A stretch of 60,596 bases of DNA, counting the filler, from Catajapyx aquilonaris (taxonomy: Eukaryota), in NCBI GenBank assembly GCA_000934665.2. It is 2 parts of 2 records of this genome, joined end to end, with 100 filler letters (N's around TTAATTAATTAA, not from the genome) between each part and the next. Parts side by side here need not be neighbours in the genome. Positions count along the whole stretch, not along the records: positions 1 to 30,247 come from KZ539192.1; positions 30,348 to 60,596 come from JYFJ02004674.1. One strand, given 5' to 3'. Shown piece after piece: positions 22,354 to 33,965 of the stretch. A model generated the notes under the pieces. The model saw only the letters and a list, made by a program, of their open reading frames with translations, had not been told where the DNA came from and did no database searches. Position 1 is the stretch's first letter. Every line of letters starts with the position of its first letter. The position numbers and the translations under genes were made by a program.

Positions 22354-25300
22354 TTAGTGTGAGGTAGAGTTTCTCCTTGCACCACCACTCTGCCACCACC
22401 ATCCAGCACTGGCATTCTTAACCTGTTCCATCTCTTCATTGCTAAATTGCAGCACTGTTGCTATAGCATTCAACATATGCTGTCGCGAAGCTTGATCTGA
22501 GCTGAGCATGTAGTTCTTTACCACATTCTTAAGGTATTCCAAGTTAGCCCCCTTGTCCCTTGAGCTATTCCTCTTAAGCCTTTCAATTTCACGCTCTAAA
22601 CTTAACTTCTGGAGGTGCCAAATCTCTTCCTTGGAGCCAGATTCAGCCACAGCTTGGCGCAATTCCGATTCAAGTTGACGACGTACTGACTTTAGTTGAC
22701 GTATATCTGCATCTTTTCGTGCTAGTTCTTGGGAGTGCAGTAAGAGGTGCACTTCACTGGTTTTTGAATGAAGTTGTACAAGGGTGTCATCATCTTGTGT
22801 TTGGCAACCTTGGCGTAATGAGCGGATCTCTTCATCACGTTCTGACAATAAAGCAAGTGAACGTTCACGTTGGCGCTTGAGCTGTGATTCCAGCTCTGAC
22901 ACACGTCTTGCATGATCTGCATCCAGGGTGGCAAGCTGCTCTAAATGCACTTCCTTCTGCATAGTAATATTGCACTGCATCATGTCCACTTTCTTGCGAT
23001 GGTCTGTCCTCAAGTCCTCCAGCTGTGTATGGAGCATCTGGATACGTTCCTTGGCAGAGGCTAATTCTAACTTGAGGACAGCCACCTGGTTGGAGTCCGA
23101 GGCACCAGCACCAGTCTCTTGAGACAGTTTGGATTTGTACAGCTCAAATTCCTCCTTGAGTCGTTGGTAGCTCTGGTTGCAAGTGGCATGTGATTCAGCA
23201 AGGCCATGTTCTGCCAGAAAGAGCTCGGCACTGTCTTTGTTGTGCTCAAGTAAAATTGACCTGAAAATAAATATGTACGATACATCACTTCACAGGAAAT
23301 GTTCCGGATTTTAAAGAAAACACCAGATAATAGGAGAATAATGAGTTGGGAATAAGTGAAAGTCTATGACATTAGCTCTCTCTTCAAGCTTCATCAGTTC
23401 AGCAGGTGGCACAGCTTGATGAAAGAGCCCGGAATCACAATAGAAAACAGCAACCAGTGCTCAGATGAACTACTCAGAACATTTGATGAGTCTCACTTAT
23501 TGCCATGTTGCCTGGCATTCTCACTGATTCTGTTCTGTGCCTGACCTGTTGTGCTACTGGGCCTCAGCAGCAGCCAGAACAATATTGATAACAGCAGGAT
23601 CAACACTGATATGATATCATAATAGGGCTACATGTATTTCCTTCTACCATTGTGGTTTTCAACTCCCCTTTGCCTTCGACTTGGATCACTCTCTTTGGCT
23701 CTGACTCTCCTGCGACAAAATTCCCACATCTCTCCTCTCCCAAAAAATTGAGAGCAAAGAAAATTGTCTAATTTAGAATGATAGTGGTATTCATTAGTTA
23801 GACCAGGGGTATTCAACTAGTTTATGACAAGGTCCAGTATTTACCCTTCCTGGGCCATTGAAGGTCCGGAGCCCTCCGCAGGCGTATTTGGGGGGNGGGG
23901 GGGTTCAAGGTCACACGAGCTTAGGTGAATGTGGGACATTTGAATTGGTGTGTATTTGATAAAAATTGGTAGCACTGTTTCCAAAAAAATCAGGAATTAG
24001 TAATTTATCATGCTATTTCAAACTGTCCTGCATATTGTCACGGTCCGGACAAAATTGTGTCGCAGTCCGGATCTGGACCGCGATCCGCCAGTTTAATAGC
24101 CCTAAGTTAGACTATTCCATACCTCAGAAAAAAGTCCTTCAGAACATTATAACTTGGCCATAACTTACCTAAATTGGACAATTTTTTCCATAAGTGTTGC
24201 TGCATCCATGGCATCATCCCCAATACCTCCTTCAGTGGGGGAGTGCACTTGAATTTGGGCCAACTGGTCTTTGAGATCCAAAATAGCTGCTTGGTCACGC
24301 TGTCTAGCTCGATCGTATTCTCCAACAGTGTTGCTCAGTTCTGCCAGCCGAGCCTCTAGGGCAGCCACCCGCTCCTCATTGCGTGCTGCCAAAATTCGAG
24401 CCCTTGCTTCTGCTTCTGCCAAACGCCTTTGTTCCTCTGCCAGTTCCCTTGGCAGTCTAGCCCGAGACTCAGCACGATTTAGTTTCACCCGAAGAGACTC
24501 CAGCTCATTCTCCAAGTCACGAACATGCTTGTCCTAGAAAATGAAATGCGTGCATTACAATGCAACTGGGCTACTGCAAGGGACATTTAATACTGTTTCT
24601 TGACTCACTGTCACTGAGAGAAAACATAATTATGGAGGTCACATTTAGACCCCGGCATATATTATGTGCTTAAAAAATTATGAATGGAAACAGGCCTTTT
24701 ATGATGTATATATTTCATCATAAAAGGCCTGTTTCCATTCATAATTTTTCTTTCATCATAATTCATCTTTCACATTCTACGTATACGTAGAATGTGAATT
24801 ATTTTTTTTCATTTTTACTAAATAATAAGAATGTTGCACATGTGTGCCATGAAAACTATAGCACTTTCAAGAAAATGAATTCACAATTTCAAATACTTCC
24901 TCCAAACAGCTGCCACCTGATAATATATACAGGGCGTTTCTTACTAATAGCTCAACTGGCAATCAACGTATTCCTTGGGCTAAACCAAGTCCAAAATATA
25001 AGGGGGAGAAATGTCAAGGGAGCAACCGCTGATGTCGAGATTGTAGACGATGATGGAGATGTGTGTGCCTGAGACAAACGAGTCCACCCACCCAACAGCT
25101 TTTCTGTGGGGAAGGTGGCAAACGACTATACTCCAACACAGCTCCCATAATGTGCAGTGGTTGTCTAAGTGTCAGGATCCCGATATTGATGGCTGGGGAA
25201 AAAAAATTACCTTGCCAGATCCCGTTAAAGTCGGTTATTCAAAAGATGATCCCCTAAGAGGCCCAAGGGGCCTATCACGGGGTATCCATTATTATTATTC

Positions 25301-26346
25301 TTACGTCCTGGCAGCAGGTAGGTGGGAGTGACCTAACCTGAGTATTCTAAAACCATGCATGCAATGGAAAGGACAACTTGTGCGTATATCTAACAGCATA
25401 CTGTACAAGGATTTATTGGTCAAAGGTGCATCATCACAACTAGAATCATCTTCCCACCGCAGCAGGAAAGCACAAGTACCTCGTCCCCTGCAGTTACAGT
25501 ACCTCATGGCCTGACTTGGCCAACAACATTACCTGAGAGTCACGCTGTGCCAGGAGGCGTCTGTGGCGCTCAAGTTCACGCATTGCTTCCTTCAGGTTCA
25601 TCTCCAGGCTGTCCTTGACGCGTCGCTCCTCAGCTACCAAAGACTGCAATTCCCTAAGCATGAGGGAACAGTTGTGCTGCTCTTGTTCTCGTTCATGCTT
25701 CTCCACTATCAAGCGAGATTTCAGCTCCTCTACACGGGGATTAGGTTGTGCCTCCAAGGACTTCAACTGATGCTGAAGGGAACTCATTGATCTTTCCAGC
25801 TATTCCAAAAGAACAGGCATTAATGACTTTCCATCTTACTCTCATTCCTGATTTTGTATAGCACATGTGGGAGAAAATGTTGACTCAAATCTGCATCAAT
25901 GAAATTTTGCACACTCCTGAGTCATGTTGCTTCCGTAATGGCCAAGTGAGGGGAAGGGTCAAGAATAAGGTTAGGAATGGGATCCAGGATATTCAGGTAC
26001 ATGGGTCCAGCTCCTCTTTTTAACCTGTGACATACAGTTCTCCTTACTTCTTCCTTTTCCTGCAGCAATTTCTTTCGATCTGCTTGAAAAACAGCTTCCA
26101 TCCTTGATTTTGCTGAGGTGATAGTGGCCAGTGCTGATGTGACATTTGCCATTTGAGACTTGACATCGTCACTGCAGTCAACTTTTTCTGCAGAAACCTC
26201 AGCTCCATGGCTCATTCTTTTCAAATCCCGTCCGGCCTGGGTGGGAGGCTCATCGACAGGCCTCGGAGATAATAGTGCTGAAGCCTTGAGCCCTGATTCA
26301 AGTGCTTCCTTCTCCTTCTGAAGGCTCTTGTAAGCACGAACTACAT
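22354..26346 (-). CDS. GCC1: GRIP and coiled-coil domain golgin GCC1 (GCC88). Exons 26346-26048, 25799-25533, 24533-24169, 23260-22354; first coding exon not located
   Basis: DVVRAYKSLQKEKEALE and KSRMEAVFQADRKK, long coiled coil, EFELYK, C-terminal GRIP domain ANLEYLKNVV..MLNAIATVLQFS. Splice phases are consistent. Confidence 0.9.
23804..24104. mobile_element. hAT-like MITE
   Basis: CAGGGGTATTCAACT...AGTTTAATAGCCCTA with 8-bp TSD AGTTAGAC (23796-23803/24105-24112). Confidence 0.85.
24673..24749. repeat. Perfect inverted repeat, 34-bp arms, 9-nt spacer
   Basis: AAAAATTATGAATGGAAACAGGCCTTTTATGATG-tatatattt-CATCATAAAAGGCCTGTTTCCATTCATAATTTTT. Confidence 0.9.
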
Positions 26347-26643
26347 CTGAAATGGACATGTTAAGCATTAATACACCTAGTGATTACTAGCCACCACATT
26401 CAATTTACAAGTCCATTCCAATTGGAACTTAGAAAATGCCTGACGCTGACACCTTTTAACTGGGAGATATTTGGTAAGATGGAAAAGTTGTCTAATTAAA
26501 GCAATTTTTCATATGGGATGCAGTTCAGAAACAGCGGTCCATTAACCCAGATATGCCGGGGAAAAGTTTCTGTTGGATTTTTGAACTTTTTTTGTTTCTA
26601 TTAGTTCATATTAGTTCCCGGGGGGGGGGNNNNNNNNNNNNNN

Positions 26644-26877
26644 GTGCTGCGGTAACGTATGCGCCCACGGATGTTAAGATCCCGGGTTCGATCCCAGCCC
26701 GGGGCCACCCCATCCATCTCATGCAGAGTTGAGCGGCCGTCTCTGGCTTCGTCTCGGGTGGTATTTCCAATAGACTAAACCACCCGTGGGAGTTCACAAA
26801 ACGACCACGGATAAGACATTACACTGCACTTTGCACATCCCCTCCTGTCATCCTGCCCGTGGGCCCGGGCGCTTCAA
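26644..26877 (+). mobile_element. tRNA-derived SINE, family B (5' end in N gap, tail missing)
   Basis: GTGCTGCGGTAACGTATG..GGGTTCGATCCC..CCTGCCCGTGGGCCCGGGCGCTTCA matches the other family B copies. Confidence 0.85.
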
Positions 26878-27142
26878 TAATAGGATTCCCAAAGTTGTAC
26901 CAACGTTAAAAAAATAAAGGTATGGCTGAAAACCCCTAGGCGTACACCTATCACCCAATTAATTAATTAATTAATATTAGTTCCCAAAACACAAAAATCG
27001 AGATAAAACATTTTTCTGAATGCTTGTTTGCAAGAAAATGGTCATGGGATGCTAGGAAAATGTAACCTAATATACGGAAAATGAGAGAACGATCTGACAT
27101 CACAGTTTCCATGGAAATGTTCTCACAGAACAATATGAGTAA

Positions 27143-27381
27143 AGGCCGCTTCACAAACTCGGCGTTGCGAAAGCGTGGCGTGTGGGCCTTACGCTCATCG
27201 CACGCAGAAAGTCCACCCGATTGGACGCCAGCGCAACGCCCGCGCTCGGTCATCGCACGCAGCATTTGTGAATAGCCCTTCGCAAATTTTCCGCTCTCCG
27301 TACGCCCCGCTCGCGCAAATCCGGGTTTGTAAAACGGGCATTTCGCCCCGCTTTCGCAACGCCGAGTTTGTGAAGCGGCCT
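27143..27381. mobile_element. PIF/Harbinger (Tourist-like) MITE
   Basis: TAA|AGGCCGCTTCACAAACTCGGCGTTGCGAAAGCG...CGCTTTCGCAACGCCGAGTTTGTGAAGCGGCCT|TAA. Confidence 0.9.
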
Positions 27382-27755
27382 TAAACAGTGTCAACAAAAG
27401 GCAGCAATGGACGAAACAATTACATCAGATCGTTCTCTCGTTTTCCATACATTAGTATGGCTGTAATAGTTGTTGATTACATTGCCATGGCAACAATGAC
27501 ATTCAGCAATAACCATCTTAATCTATATTTTAGTTCATTTGTTTGTGAGTTTGGTTGTCTCTTAGGGCCAATTTCTCGAACAGTCGTTCAAATGTAAACA
27601 AGGTTCAAATCCCGTTTGAACCCAGTTCAGAGAAATTTCCATTTCTCAAGGCAAAAGTAAACCCTGGATACGGTTTAAACTCGGTTCACATCTGACGGCC
27701 CGATTGCCGGCCATTATCGGAAATAAACCGAGTTTGGAATGCCGGTAACAACAAT

Positions 27756-28716
27756 GAAAGGTCATTACCGAAGCAGGTTGGCATAGTGGATAAGGCGTCC
27801 GACTGCTAATCGGGAGGTCCTGGGTTCGAATCCCGGGGCCGGCAACTCTGACCGTGGTTTTCTGTGGTTTCCCACGGTCCTTCCAGGGAAATTCCGGAGT
27901 TGCTTCCGTAATTAATAGGCCACAGCCGCTTCCTTCCGTCCCTATCCTATCCCAAAGAGCGCAGTAAAATGAAAGCAAAGAGTTCCAGCCAAAACAAACT
28001 TCCCCCCTAAAGAGCCGATGGCTCATAACGGGGTATGAATTATTATTACAATGAAAGGTCATTTTTTGACTAGTTGCCGACGTTACTCCGCAAAATGAGT
28101 TTTTATGGCACTTTTCGGAGGCCAAAAAATTCCCCCTGTGAACCATAGATAGTGCAAATCTTTGTCTTTCTAATGATATATTCGAAACTTAGAAATCGCA
28201 ACTATGTGTAATCATAATTAAGTTAATTGCACACCTCAGGTATCTCGGCCGTTTCTCATCCGAATTACTTCGCGAATGTATCGACGGCAAGCCAGAAATG
28301 TTAAAATGTTTAAAATTACATTGTGCTCTATTACACTAAAATTTTCAAAAGTATTGTTTTAGTAAGTTTAATAGACAAGTACTCAGCCCGATTTCTGGCG
28401 GGAATGGACGGCGATACTTTTAAATACGATTACAATTTTTAGTGTAGCACTATGTAATTTTATCACGGACATTTCTGGCTTTCCGCCGGTACATTCGCGA
28501 AGTAATTCGGATTATAAACGGCCGAGATAACAGGTGTGCAGTTAACTTAATTATGATTACACAAATGGCGATTTCCGAGTTTCAAATATATCATTAGAAA
28601 GACAAAGATTTGCACTATCCAGGGTCCACAGCGTGAATTTTTTGACCTCCGAGAAGTGTCATAAAAAATTCATTTTGCGGCGTAACGTCGGCAACTTGTC
28701 AAAAAATGTCACTTTC
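27756..28716. mobile_element. Fold-back MITE (GAAAG...CTTTC ends, possible 4-bp TSD), interrupted by a SINE
   Basis: Long inverted arms (28053-~28330 vs ~28440-28716). Flanks CAAT/AAAT. Confidence 0.8.
27767..28047 (+). mobile_element. tRNA-derived SINE, family A (second tail type)
   Basis: A/B boxes as at 3521, 16-bp TSD ACAATGAAAGGTCATT (27751-27766/28048-28063), (ATT)n tail. Confidence 0.92.
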
Positions 28717-29505
28717 AAATGCGATGTCCCTCACTCCACCTTCGAGATTTGCTGACTAGAGTTTGTTTACAAGCCAGTAAAGACTCGCGCTGAAGCTCAG
28801 ACCGGTTCGGGGAAATGGGGATGACGCGACATGTGGCAATTCTAACAGAGTCTTGTCGTTCACATAGTAACCGAGGGTTTGTTTAAGCTCGAGAAATGCT
28901 CACAATCGGAAGGGGAGTTTAAACTGCATCCAGCGTGTAGACGCAAACTCAGTTCAAACTGACTTGAACCACTGTTCGAGAAATCGGCCCTTAATGGAAA
29001 TCCAGGCACCTTAAACTAGCCTCAAAGCTCAAGCTCAAAGCTACTTAAAACTATTGAAAATTAAATTTCATATTATGAAAAACTGTATAAGAGTCCTATA
29101 TTCTTCAGTTTCTATGCAACCAACTTCGGTGTCGGACATACGATTTCTAAAGTGTATACAGCATATTACCACGTCCTGAAATCCCTAGAAATGTTCTACC
29201 ATTCACCACCAATATTCCAAAAGCACCTTGCAGGTAACAAGTAAAAATAAATAAATAAATTTTAAATTGGTGTCCAGATGGGAAGGTCCTCCAAGAACCT
29301 ACCATACAACAGCTAACTGCCGTGTATCATTTTGTAGTTTATGTAACAAAATGGCACTACAATTATTGTGTTAACCCTCCCGGGCATCTTCCTCCTTATC
29401 AAACTTCAGATGGATTGATTGTTCATTCATTCATTCATACATAATGAATAAATATGTATGCTGAGGCTGAGATCCTCCTAAAGACCCATGAGGGTCATCA
29501 CAGAC

Positions 29506-29506
<1 letters not shown>

Positions 29507-29554
<48 letters not shown>
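29507..29554. repeat. (AAT)n microsatellite following a retroposon-type stem-loop
   Basis: Pure AAT run directly after CCTAAAGACCCATGAGGGTCATCACAGACT. Confidence 0.9.
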
Positions 29555-29555
<1 letters not shown>

Positions 29556-30247
29556 GATTGTACTTGCTTAATAAATGAATATACAGTATATGTACTGTAT
29601 GTCTGACAAAAATTTTGTGCATTTTATGTAGGCTGGTCCCTCCCTGCAACTTATAAGCAGGGAGGAAAATATATTTGAATGATGACAGACTGATTGATTA
29701 GTCCACATGTGTGCAAAATATCTCTGCTATTTGAAGAAAATGTCAACTGATGCAATCCCAATGATGATCATAGTGGATACAGTTTAGTTGCATTCCATGC
29801 AAGTGGGGAGATTCCATTTTTCTCAGAACAGGGCAGAAATGGTATGAACATTCCAGGCCAGGAAAAGTACAGCAGCATTATGCAACCACATGATAACTGG
29901 TTGTAGCATAAAGTAGTAACATGCCACTCATGACTCTTGGCTTGCCTTTGTAACAATCAGGATTTACGTTCAGGGGGAGCGGATGTGCCATATCCTAATC
30001 AGAATTAAATTTACAGTACTACCTAATCTCCATTCTGAAAGGTTATTTTTAAAACTTATCCTAATCAAATGACTTATCTCCAGTTGCACTGCACCTTTGA
30101 AGGAAAATTTTCTGGCTGGAAGAGACAGAAAAATTTGCCATTGATTGTTGGCAAATGTTCAAACCATGTACTATCACGGTCAAAAAGATTGTCGGACTGT
30201 TATGGAATCGTCCGCGACTTTTTCTCCCGCCAATCAGTGTGCCAGGT

Positions 30248-30346
30248 NNNNNNNNNNNNNNNNNNNNNNNNNNNNNNNNNNNNNNNNNNNNTTAATTAAT
30301 TAANNNNNNNNNNNNNNNNNNNNNNNNNNNNNNNNNNNNNNNNNNN
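30248..30346. other. Assembly gap containing the artificial linker TTAATTAATTAA (30292-30303)
   Basis: A 12-mer with stop codons in all six frames, flanked by N runs on both sides. Confidence 0.9.
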
Positions 30347-30439
30347 NGTATTTAAGTGTCAGATGTATAGGCTATACTATGTAGCCCAGAGTTGTGTTCC
30401 CCGTTATAGAGGGCTGTGTCCCTAAAAATGGGGTAATAA

Positions 30440-30480
<41 letters not shown>

Positions 30481-30492
30481 TGATGATGATGA
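30440..30492. repeat. (AAT)n(GAT)n microsatellite
   Basis: Direct reading. Confidence 0.9.
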
Positions 30493-30579
30493 CAGCTAAA
30501 ATTTTAAAATCAGAGATTACAGTTTCATGTTATTGTAAGTCACATTTGCCACAGTTTGTCTTCTGGGCTGATCCGGTTA

Positions 30580-30769
30580 AGTGGCGTTCAGACGAGGCAA
30601 CTTGGTTGCATGCAACCTGAAATACACGGAGAGAATAGGAACCTGGTTGCAGCCCCCGGTTGCAGAAAAGTTGCAGCATTTTTTGGGTTGCTGCAACTTC
30701 CTATTCTCTCCGTGTATTTCAGGTTGCAGCCACGTTGCTGCAACCAAGTTGCCTCGTCTGAACGCCACT
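30580..30769. mobile_element. PIF/Harbinger-like fold-back MITE
   Basis: TTA|AGTGGCGTTCAGACGAGGCAACTTGGTTGCA...TGCAACCAAGTTGCCTCGTCTGAACGCCACT|TTA. Confidence 0.9.
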
Positions 30770-30950
30770 TTATTTTTCATGCACGATCTGACTTGACATT
30801 TTTGTACAAACTTGTATGAGGTAGGATTACACTCATGTTAACTAAATTCCGGGAGTTATAGTTACCCTGGAGGGCAGTAAATAGCTATACGAAGCAGGAT
30901 TTGAAACAGTGAGCCAGGAGATAATTTCATCATGGTACTGTGCATGCTTC

Positions 30951-31378
<428 letters not shown>

Positions 31379-31482
31379 TGTACATGTTTCAATATTGTTT
31401 GGTGCAGAATGGCATTGTCACTGATGTGATGCAATGTGTGAGCCTGAATCAGGTAGCCTGCAAGTCATGTGCTTAATTATTA

Positions 31483-31813
31483 GGGAGGCGGAGTGGTGCT
31501 GCGGTAACGTATGCTCCCACGGATATTAAGGTCCTGGGTTCGATCCCAGCCCGGGGACACCCCCTTCATCTCATGCAGAGAGCAGGGTCACCTCTGGCTT
31601 CGTCTCGGGTGGTATTTTCAACAGACTAAACCACCCGGGGGAGTTCACTAAAAATGGCCATGTTTAAGACATTGCACTGCACCTTGCACATCCCCTCCTG
31701 TCATCCTGCCTGTGGGCCCGGGCATTTCAAAAATATGGTCAATGTACTACAAGTTACAATAAAGGTCCTTGCCGCATACCCTATATAGGGTCAAGCACTA
31801 CCCAAGAATTATT

Positions 31814-31883
<70 letters not shown>
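31483..31883 (+). mobile_element. tRNA-derived SINE, family B, followed by an (AAT)n array (~31815-31884)
   Basis: Full head with A/B boxes. TSD-like TGTGCTTAATTATTA / TGTGCCTAATAATTATTA flanks include the array. Confidence 0.88.
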
Positions 31884-31885
<2 letters not shown>

Positions 31886-31919
31886 TGCCTAATAATTATT
31901 ACCCTTTTTTGATTTTAGG

Positions 31920-33965
31920 ATGGATGGTACATCACAGCGATTGCCTGATGACCCTCGTGGCCAACGATTAGGCTTGTTTGTCAGAGGCGATGATGAGGAA
32001 CCTACGTTTGCTGGCGATGAGGCTCTCCCTAATCTCCCAGTTCCGTCACTGGCTGGAACTCTGGCAAGATATGTAGACTCCGTAGCTCCACATGTTGATG
32101 AGGATACTCTTGAACGTGTCCGCCACCTGGCCGCCGTGTTCAAGTCTGGACCTGGTCGCCAGCTGCAAGCTGCGCTTCGTCGTCGAGGCAACGAGCATCG
32201 CAACTGGCTACAAGACTGGTGGGCAGAGCAAGCGTACCTGCGGAACCGCAGCCCATTATTACCATACACGAGCTGTGCTGGTATAATGCCAGTGCCAGAA
32301 ACAGTATGGCCTCTGGGTCCAGACAAGGGAGTCAAGTACCTGGCTGTTACCATGGAATTTGTGCTTCAGTTCTACTTGCTGATACGCGATGAGAAATTGC
32401 GAGCTGATCGAGGTCGTGACGGGAGCAGATTCTGTATGGAACAGTTCAGGCGCCTGTTCAACACCACCAGGGTTCCGGGTCCAGACATGGATTCCTGGCG
32501 CTGTACCTGGCATCCTCGGAGCGATGACGAGAAGCTTGGTCCTGTACCAAATCATGTTGTTGTGCTGACTCATGGCCACATATTTACGCTGGTTCCATTT
32601 GACAAAACTGGCCGTCCCTTTGGTGCTGCTGAGTGGGAACTTCGCCTAAGTCAGATATGGCGCAAATGTGAGTCCATGCCTCCTGGCCCAGGCCTTGGGG
32701 CACTGACTTGTGCAAGACGAGATGTGTGGAGCCAACACCGCAAGTGGCTTATAAACATTGGGGCTGGAAATGCTGCCAGTTTGGAGGAGATAGAGACGGC
32801 CATGATGTCTGTGGTTATGGATGAAGCAAGCCCAAGGACAGAAAGTCAGGCCACGGCTATGATGCTGGGAGGCAACCTCAAAGATCGTTGGTTAGACAAG
32901 AGCATAGCTTTACAATCATTCAGGAATGGTCGAGTAGGTGTGCTTGTGGAGCACTCGCCCTTTGATGCCATGGCACTAGTGGCACTCAGTCTTTTCGCAA
33001 TGCTTGGGGCACTGGAAGTGGGAACAGATTGGGAACCTTGCTCAGAGCAGGTTGCTCGGAGGCTGCCTGAACCTAAGCATCTACAGTTTCAATTTGATGG
33101 GATTCTCACCCAAGCCATACAAGCCACTTATGTACAGGCAAGGAGGCTGGTAAGTGACCTTATGTCCTGCTGGGATTTTGGGGAGGGAAGTCTGAGAATT
33201 ATCTCAGTATTTGATCTCTTACACTGTGTGTTTCATCAGCTTAGTATTTGTATCTTTGATTATTATTGGTGAATTTTTAAATCTTTCCAGTGTGACAATC
33301 TGGTGTGCCAGCGTCGTCATTTCCTGCACTATGGCAAGGGCTTCCTGCGGCGCATAAGAATGCATCCTGATGCCTACGTACAAGCAGCACTTCAATTGGC
33401 TTACCTTCGTTTGCATCGTCGCCCTGCTCCAACATACGAGTCGTCAACTACCAGACAGTTTTACTGTGGACGTACAGAGACTGTCCGCAGCTGCACCCCA
33501 GAAGTCATCCAGTGGGCTAGAGCTATGGATGACCCTCAGGTGGACAAGACCACTCGACGGCACCTTTTAGTTGCAGCATTGAACAAGCACCAAAAGCTGA
33601 TGGAAGAGGCCAAGAATGCCACAGGATGTGACAGGCATCTGTTAGGACTCCTGCTTCTGGCTTCTGCAGAGGGAAAGCAAGTGCCTGAGCTCTTCCGAGA
33701 TCCAACCTGGATTGCCAGTGGTGGCGGAGGTAACTTCCTTCTCTCAACCAGCCTCAATGGGTACACACCCATGGGTGGCGGTTGCGCTCCCATGTGCCGC
33801 CATGGCTACGGTGTGTTCTACACTATTGAGGAAGGGAAGATGGCCATATTTGTGTCAGCCTGGAGGGATAGCTCCGTAACCTCAGTTCAGCATCTGCACC
33901 GCCAGATCGAGAGGGCATTGCTGGCTATGCAACGACTTGTTGTGTCCACTGCATCACCTCTCTAA
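31920..33965 (+). CDS. CROT: Peroxisomal carnitine O-octanoyltransferase. Exons 31920-33149, 33291-33965 (upstream non-coding exon likely)
   Basis: LPNLPVPSLAGTL, RNWLQDWW..AYL, RWLDKS, catalytic EHSPFDAM, HPDAYVQAALQLAY, TYESSTTRQF..GRTETVRSCT, GCDRHLLGL, CROT-typical GGGGNFLLSTS. An acceptor TTTTAG lies just before the ATG. Confidence 0.92.

Larger units (their letters stand above)
27565..28990. mobile_element. PIF/Harbinger-like MITE hosting two nested insertions
   Basis: TTA|GGGCCAATTTCTCGAACAG..GTTCAA ... TTGAAC..CTGTTCGAGAAATCGGCCC|TTA. Confidence 0.85.

Noticed and set aside
28002..28035. Hammerhead ribozyme in the SINE tail
   Set aside because: It lacks the CUGANGA and GAAA core (reads CTAAAGA..ATAAC) in every copy and is better explained as a LINE-type 3' stem-loop.
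29946..29991. Candidate GCC1 first exon MAHPLPLNVNPDCYK with a GC donor
   Set aside because: The phase fits, but it has no resemblance to GCC1 N-termini and needs a non-canonical donor, so it is unsupported without RNA data.
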